Origin: Candidatus Latescibacterota bacterium
GTDB taxonomy: Bacteria; Latescibacterota; UBA2968; GCA-2709665
NCBI GenBank assembly: GCA_963662665.2
Contig: CAXXJS010000055.1
Span: 29,084-93,083 of the forward strand
DNA length: 64,000 nt
Direction of reading: 5' to 3'
Position numbers and translations under genes: made by a program. The notes under the pieces are model-generated. The model was not told the DNA's origin. It saw only the letters and a program-made list of their open reading frames with translations, and searched no databases. Shown here one piece after another: positions 58,657-64,000 of this stretch. Position 1 is the first letter of the stretch. The number at the start of each line of letters is the position of its first letter.

Positions 58657-58703
58657 CAGCCCGCGGAGAAAGTCCATCTCAGGCCGATTTTGTCCGTGGA
58701 CTG
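58657..58703. mobile_element. MITE mini-derivative F (47 bp)
   Basis: CAGCCCGCGGAGAAAGTCCATC ... GATTTTGTCCGTGGACTG; left flank TTAG contains the gene stop. Confidence 0.65.
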
Positions 58704-58830
58704 TCGGTGCTTGGTCCGGGGCGCCCGGGTTCCGGTTTCCAATGAGTATGAGGGATGTGTGGCGGGGGCAACTCTGAACCGCGCCGATCCGCTTGATTAC
58801 AGGCAGCGCAGCAAAGGCAGACGATTCGGC

Positions 58831-60663
58831 ATGCCCAATCGGATTCGCATCCTACCCGAAGAAATCGCCAATCGTATCGCCGCCGGCGAAGCCGTGGAGC
58901 GGCCGGGCTCCGTGGTGAAGGAACTGGTGGAAAACGCCATCGATGCAGGCGCGGACCGCATTGTGGCAGAAGTGGCCGGCGGGGGCAAAGAGACCATACG
59001 GGTTAGCGACAACGGGTGCGGAATGTCTCGTGAGGACGCCTTGCTGGCCGTGGAACGGCATGCGACGAGCAAGATTTCCGACCTCTCCGATTTGCGCACG
59101 TTACGTACGCTGGGGTTTCGCGGGGAGGCGCTGCCGAGCATTGCGGCGGTGTCCAGAATGGTTATCGAGACCCGCCACGTAGAGGAAATACAGGGCACTC
59201 GAGTGCGCGTTGAAAGCGGTCGGGTACGCGACGTCACGCCCACAGGCCGGGACCGGGGAACGACAATCGCCGTTCACGGCCTGTTTTTCAACGTGCCCGC
59301 AAGACGCAAATTCCTCAAGGGTGTCGAGACCGAACTCAAACACGTGACGGACGCTCTGACCGGCCTGGCGTTGGCCTATCCATCCATTGCCTTTGTACTT
59401 TCTCACAGCGGACGCGATATCCTGAACCTGAAGCGGTCCGAACGCCAACATCGTCTGGAGGCGATATTTGGCGTTCAACTGGGCCGGGACGCCGTTTTTC
59501 TGGACGGAGACCGTCAGGGTATCCGGGTATGGGGGTTTGCCGGAAGGCCGGAACTGGCGCGCAAGTCGGGTGCGCAGCAGGCGATGGTCGTCAACGGGCG
59601 CTGGGTGCGCGACCGGGCGGTGACGCACGCCGTGCATGATGGATTTGGAGGACTGCTCGTGAAGGGCTTCCACCCCACCTTTGCGCTTCTCCTGGAGCTG
59701 GATCCCTCCCAACTCGATGTCAATGTGCACCCCACCAAACGGGAAGTGCGTTTCGCAGACGCGACCGCGGTTCACGATGCGGTTGCTGAAGTCGTGCGTG
59801 CGGGGTTGAGGGAGGAGGACCTGGTGCCCGAGGTGGACAGCGGCTTCGCCACACCCGCGATTCTTACGAACGGGGCGACGACGACAACCCCCGGTCCGCC
59901 CGGTAACGTTGCAGACGCGCCCATGAAACGCGAGGCCTATCTTTCGGACCCGCTGGGCCTGGAAGACGTGCAAATGGCGCTGTCCCTTACCGTCGGAAAA
60001 AAGACGGAGGGCGGTGGAGCGCACACGGGCACGGAGGACGATGCCGACAAGACCGGCGAGGAAACGGTCGATCAGGTTTCTGTCTGGCAGGTACACGATA
60101 AATATATCGTGGCGCATATCAAGAACGGCCTGATATTCGTCGATCAGCACCTTGCCCACCAGCGGATGATTTATGAACAGACGCTGGCGTGCTTTAAGGC
60201 TAACGCCGGATCGGGGCAGCGACTCCTGTTTCCGGTAACGATTGACTTCGGACTGCGCCAGATTCAGTCGGTACGGGAGGCGATGCCGTTGTTGGAAACC
60301 ATGGGCTTCGGCGTACGCGATTTTGGTAGCAATACCGTGGTCGTCGATGCCATTCCCGTAGATCTTAAGGCGTGGGAAGACGGTCTGCATCTTCGCGAGA
60401 TCGTCGGTGATCTGACAGACAGGGAACGCCGGTCTTCGGTTCCGGTCGGCCGCCAGAACGCCGTTTCACCGCTTGAGCATCGACTGGCGGCCGCCTACGC
60501 CCGGCACACGGCGGTCCGGACGGGAGAGAGACTTTCTCCGAGGGAAATGCGGGCGATGATCGACCGGCTGTTCGCCACCCGGGAACCATTCGTTTGCCCG
60601 CATGGCAGGCCAACCGTTGTAAAGATGCCTCTGGATGAAATCGACCGGCAATTCAGCAGATAG
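58831..60663 (+). CDS. mutL: DNA mismatch repair protein MutL
   Basis: IAAGE, KELVENAID, GFRGEAL, DVNVHPTK, DQHLAHQR and CPHGRP motifs. Confidence 0.96.
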   Translation: MPNRIRILPEEIANRIAAGEAVERPGSVVKELVENAIDAGADRIVAEVAGGGKETIRVSDNGCGMSREDALLAVERHATSKISDLSDLRTLRTLGFRGEALPSIAAVSRMVIETRHVEEIQGTRVRVESGRVRDVTPTGRDRGTTIAVHGLFFNVPARRKFLKGVETELKHVTDALTGLALAYPSIAFVLSHSGRDILNLKRSERQHRLEAIFGVQLGRDAVFLDGDRQGIRVWGFAGRPELARKSGAQQAMVVNGRWVRDRAVTHAVHDGFGGLLVKGFHPTFALLLELDPSQLDVNVHPTKREVRFADATAVHDAVAEVVRAGLREEDLVPEVDSGFATPAILTNGATTTTPGPPGNVADAPMKREAYLSDPLGLEDVQMALSLTVGKKTEGGGAHTGTEDDADKTGEETVDQVSVWQVHDKYIVAHIKNGLIFVDQHLAHQRMIYEQTLACFKANAGSGQRLLFPVTIDFGLRQIQSVREAMPLLETMGFGVRDFGSNTVVVDAIPVDLKAWEDGLHLREIVGDLTDRERRSSVPVGRQNAVSPLEHRLAAAYARHTAVRTGERLSPREMRAMIDRLFATREPFVCPHGRPTVVKMPLDEIDRQFSR

Positions 60664-61576
60664 GCCGCACCGGGTATTGGCCCTTGTGGGCCCGACCGCG
60701 TCAGGAAAGACCCGGGCGGGCATCGCCCTGGCCAGGGCGCTTGGCGGTGATGTGGTTTCCGCCGATGCGCGGCAGGTCTACCGTTATATGGACATCGGTA
60801 CGGCCAAACCCACGATGGAAGAGCGCGCCCTCGCCAGACACCACATGATCGACGTCGTAAGCCCCGATGAGCATTTTAGTGCAGGGCACTACGCCCGTTA
60901 CGCGTCCAGGGCAATCGAGTCGATTCTGGATCGGGATCGCGTCCCCATCCTCGTGGGGGGATCTGGTCTTTATCTGAAGGCGGTTGTCGACGGCTTCTCT
61001 CCGCTACCACGTACGCCCACCAACGTCCGCGTTCGTCTGCTTGCCGAGGCGGGACAGGATCCGACCGGGACCTACGCCAGGTTGCGCAGCGTGGACCCGG
61101 TCACAGCCGATCGGTTACACGCCAACGATACCAAACGCATCGTGCGCGCGCTGGAAGTCTTCGAACTGACCGGGTCGCCGATTTCGACGATCCACGGACA
61201 ACCTCCGCCAACCCCGCGAAACTGGCGCGTGGAATGGATCGGGCTGAACATGGACCGGGCGCTTCTGTACCGGAGGATCGAAAAACGGGTAGACGTTATG
61301 TTTGCTTCCGGGCTCGTCGATGAGGTTCGCGCGTTACAACGTCGCGGTTTTGGCCGTGAACTCAACGCGCTGAATACGTTCGGGTACCGGGAAGTATTCG
61401 ATTATCTGGACGGCAAACTGGACCTGGCCGAAACCGCACGCCAGGTCAAGATGGGCACACGGCGGTACGCCAAGCGCCAACTCACGTGGTTTCGAAAGGA
61501 ACGTCGCCTGAAATGGATCGATGCAGCCACGGAGGATGCGCCGGATACCATTTCCAAAATCCTTGACACTCTGTGA
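60635..61576 (+). CDS. miaA: tRNA dimethylallyltransferase
   Basis: GPTASGKT, DIGTAKP, GGSGLY and YAKRQLTWF motifs. Confidence 0.96.
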   Translation: MKSTGNSADRPHRVLALVGPTASGKTRAGIALARALGGDVVSADARQVYRYMDIGTAKPTMEERALARHHMIDVVSPDEHFSAGHYARYASRAIESILDRDRVPILVGGSGLYLKAVVDGFSPLPRTPTNVRVRLLAEAGQDPTGTYARLRSVDPVTADRLHANDTKRIVRALEVFELTGSPISTIHGQPPPTPRNWRVEWIGLNMDRALLYRRIEKRVDVMFASGLVDEVRALQRRGFGRELNALNTFGYREVFDYLDGKLDLAETARQVKMGTRRYAKRQLTWFRKERRLKWIDAATEDAPDTISKILDTL

Positions 61577-61591
61577 GGGAGTTGGTAGATT
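61563..61591 (+). promoter_or_regulatory. Sigma70-type promoter for tRNA-Gly
   Basis: TTGACA-17 bp-TAGATT. Confidence 0.65.
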
Positions 61592-61606
61592 CCGCGTCTA
61601 CGGGGG

Positions 61607-61682
61607 GCGGGAATAGCTCAGCTGGTAGAGCGCAAGCTTCCCAAGCTTGATGTCGCGGGTTCGAGTCCCGTTTCCCGCTCCA
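61607..61682 (+). tRNA. tRNA-Gly(CCC)
   Basis: Acceptor GCGGGAA/TTCCCGC, anticodon arm CAAGC-TTCCCAA-GCTTG, encoded CCA. Confidence 0.96.
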
Positions 61683-61866
61683 CTTAACATCCGCGTTTGC
61701 TGCGCAATCAATGGCCATTTAGCATTCCTGTTAGAATGGCCGTTTCTATTAGTGGCCGGTAACTCGCGCGGAACGCGACGGCCAACTGTGTCTTCGCGGT
61801 ACCAACCGAGTAACGCGTCGGCGATATGTGTGGGTAATCTGTCGTGGCGAGTTTGCCTGTGTGAGG

Positions 61867-61890
61867 GTGGGGCAGACATTCCTGTCTGCC
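61867..61890 (+). repeat. REP-like palindrome (GTGG class)
   Basis: GTGG tetranucleotide followed by GGCAGACA-TTCC-TGTCTGCC. Confidence 0.6.
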
Positions 61891-62020
61891 CGCCTAGCTA
61901 GCCGCCTGACGAAAACGAATCAGAAGAACGCCTGCTGCGTCGGATGATATCTGAACGCCTGGCACTAAGCCGGACCTGACAGGCAGCACGCGCGAAGAGT
62001 ATCGACAAAAGGAGCCAATC

Positions 62021-62917
62021 ATGTCTGCTGAGAACGAGACAATCTCAAAGTTCATCAAACTCCAGCCAGTTAGTCTAAAAAGGTTGGATCAATTTTCTGA
62101 GAAACAAGTGCAGGATCATATCGCCGATGATCCAACAATTCTGGGACTAGCTCGTGAACTTGAGGTTCTCGTTCGAGAGAGACGGCAGCCGAAGGCCGGG
62201 CGCCTCGACCTGCTTCTCGGAGACCCCAATACGTCTAAGCGGTATGTAGTTGAGATTCAGCTTGGTGCGACAGATGAAAGTCATATTATCCGCACCATTG
62301 AATATTGGGACTTGGAGCGCAGACGAAATCCGCAGTACAAGCACACGGCTGTGATCGTGGCGGAGGAAATTACGACGCGATTTTATAACGTAATCCAACT
62401 GTTTAACGGTGCAATTCCATTGATCGCCCTCAAGATGACGGCGTACCATATAGGTGACCAATTTGCGTTGACCTTCGTTAAAGTACTGGACGAAATCATG
62501 CGCGGGTCTGACGACGATGATGAGCCGTTACCGCAACCAGTTGACCGGTCGTTCTGGGAAACGGATCGTGGCACAAAAGAGACATTGAGTCTAACTGACG
62601 GCCTATTCGCAGTCGTGAATGAAGTCGAGCCTCGCGCCACTCTCAAGTACAACAAACATTATATCGGGCTTGAAGTGGCAGGGAATCCGTTCAATTTCGT
62701 AAAGTTTAGGCCACATAAGGGGCATGTGAGAATGAAGATTAAGCTTCCTCAGGATTTAGATACCGATGAACGATTGGATCGTACAGGCATTGACACGTTG
62801 GACTATAACACGGGAAGTCAAGAGTACCATATTCGGATTGGAGAAGACATCAATGATTCACAGCGTGACGCTCTGAAACTGCTCCTTAGGCAGGCAAGGG
62901 ATATGTTCAAGAAATAG
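62021..62917 (+). CDS. PD-(D/E)XK NucS-like nuclease domain protein with DUF5655-like C-terminus
   Basis: E..VQD.I, GRLDLL and VVEIQLG motifs; acidic linker; AGGAG RBS. Confidence 0.7.
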   Translation: MSAENETISKFIKLQPVSLKRLDQFSEKQVQDHIADDPTILGLARELEVLVRERRQPKAGRLDLLLGDPNTSKRYVVEIQLGATDESHIIRTIEYWDLERRRNPQYKHTAVIVAEEITTRFYNVIQLFNGAIPLIALKMTAYHIGDQFALTFVKVLDEIMRGSDDDDEPLPQPVDRSFWETDRGTKETLSLTDGLFAVVNEVEPRATLKYNKHYIGLEVAGNPFNFVKFRPHKGHVRMKIKLPQDLDTDERLDRTGIDTLDYNTGSQEYHIRIGEDINDSQRDALKLLLRQARDMFKK

Positions 62918-63122
62918 TGAAGGAATCCCAGTCCACTGACGTCAAATCATCGATCTCAATGAAGTCTTGAATCTGTACACCGATCAATGGATCGGTATTC
63001 CAATGGACCGAAAGTCCAAGAATAAGCGAAGAATCAGTGCCACGAATTGCGCTTGTGTATCTTGCGGGTAACGGGCAATACGGCCCAGAGGAATGCAAGC
63101 GGCATTTTGTAAATGAAAAGAA

Positions 63123-63233
63123 ATGGTTGTCTCCAATGGGCAATCGCGCAGCCAATTGAAAGAAGCTGAAACGATAATAGAGGAGAACCGACATTATTCC
63201 CAAACAGCATGGCATCGGCACTTCGGGAGTTGA
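63123..63233 (+). pseudogene. Truncated DUF4160-type toxin (C-terminal half only)
   Basis: SRSQLKEAETIIEE...AWHRHFGS resembles DUF4160 C-termini; in-frame TGA just upstream; overlaps the DUF2442 gene. Confidence 0.65.
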
Positions 63234-63462
63234 GGTTACCGGCATATCCGCCCACGGCGTCTGGCTGCTGGCTGGCCAGGAGGAGATTTTCCTGTCTTAC
63301 GAGGATTTTCCGTGGTTCAAAGGTGCTTCGGTGGGAAGAATCCTGAACGTGAAGGAGCCGACTCCAGGACACTTCTATTGGCCCGATTTGGATATAGATC
63401 TCGGGTTGGAAACCATCCGGCATCCTGAACGTTTCCCACTTCGAGCAAGGCGTGATCCATAA
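63193..63462 (+). CDS. DUF2442 family antitoxin (ATT start or lost start codon)
   Basis: TSGVEVTGISAHGVWLL, FPWFK, YWPDLDIDL and PERFPL motifs; GAGGAG upstream of ATT; absent from the supplied ORF track. Confidence 0.8.
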   Translation: MIPKQHGIGTSGVEVTGISAHGVWLLAGQEEIFLSYEDFPWFKGASVGRILNVKEPTPGHFYWPDLDIDLGLETIRHPERFPLRARRDP

Positions 63463-63769
63463 CTGGCCAGGAAGTACGAAGTCAATAGTGCGGTGTGTGC
63501 CGTTGAGATGACGGTTTTCTTGAACAGGAGGCTCGGCGTCGGCAATCCGATCATTGAATTGGACTCCATGGCGTCCGCGTTAAGGTAGCGGAGGCCATTT
63601 CGTTAGTTGAAATTGGAGGCCCTTAATGCTCTGGAGCTGATGTAGGTGCCAGTCTATCGAACAATCGCAAGGGCTGTGGTCACTCGAACCGGTTGACCGC
63701 GCCCGTCGTGTTTCGGACTCCCGTTGTTGTCCGGCGATGAACGGATGTGTATTTCAATCAGGCGCTGTA

Positions 63770-64000
63770 ATGAGCGAATTTCAATGGATTGAACGCAATC
63801 CTGAGCCGTTTCGGCCGGAATCCCGGTTTACGATCGACGGAAAGCCCTCTTCCCTTTCGGTACTGGACTTTTGGGTCTGGGTCGGTTCGGACATTCTGAA
63901 CAACGCCCTTCGTGGAAAGGTCGCTGAATATATCGTCGGTCAAGCAATGGGGGCATGGACAGACGCACCCGTCCGCGTAGAGTGGGATACCGTCGATCTC
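63770..64000 (+). CDS. Putative restriction-endonuclease-like protein (3'-partial)
   Basis: Open to the window end: LDFWVWVGSDILNNALRGKVAEYIV...RVEWDTVDL. Confidence 0.6.
   Translation, partial: MSEFQWIERNPEPFRPESRFTIDGKPSSLSVLDFWVWVGSDILNNALRGKVAEYIVGQAMGAWTDAPVRVEWDTVDL

Noticed and set aside
61871-61890. AGACA-N4-TGTCT as a second LexA box
   Set aside because: The spacer differs from the N6 site at lexA, and it is better explained as a GTGG-class REP hairpin.

Overview
A GC-rich bacterial chromosomal segment with about 55 CDSs, nearly all on the + strand, and four tRNAs (Arg-CCG, Pro-GGG, Pro-CGG, Gly-CCC). In order it contains: a sugar-modification enzyme cluster (1-9.4 kb); a heterodimeric ABC exporter; HU, a small basic protein, tRNA-Arg and a sigma-70 factor; an MlaE/F/D (MCE) operon followed by two secreted FG-GAP-repeat paralogues, one fused to a 4x CxxCH cytochrome domain; lexA; a xanthine-dehydrogenase-family operon with two tandem Mo subunits and a MoaD ending GG-H; ychF, folE, class I aldolase and PBP1A; a DUF3500-rtcB-COG0523 GTPase-archease-mobA run; udg, hpt, a heparinase/alginate-lyase-like gene, mutL-miaA; and the start of a more AT-rich nuclease/toxin-antitoxin island after tRNA-Gly. 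A 160-bp MITE family (CAG...CTG ends, YTAR 4-bp target) occurs at least seven times, four of them starting exactly at gene stop codons. No CRISPR array, rRNA, transposase or integrase was seen. All calls come from reading motifs by eye; no searches were run.
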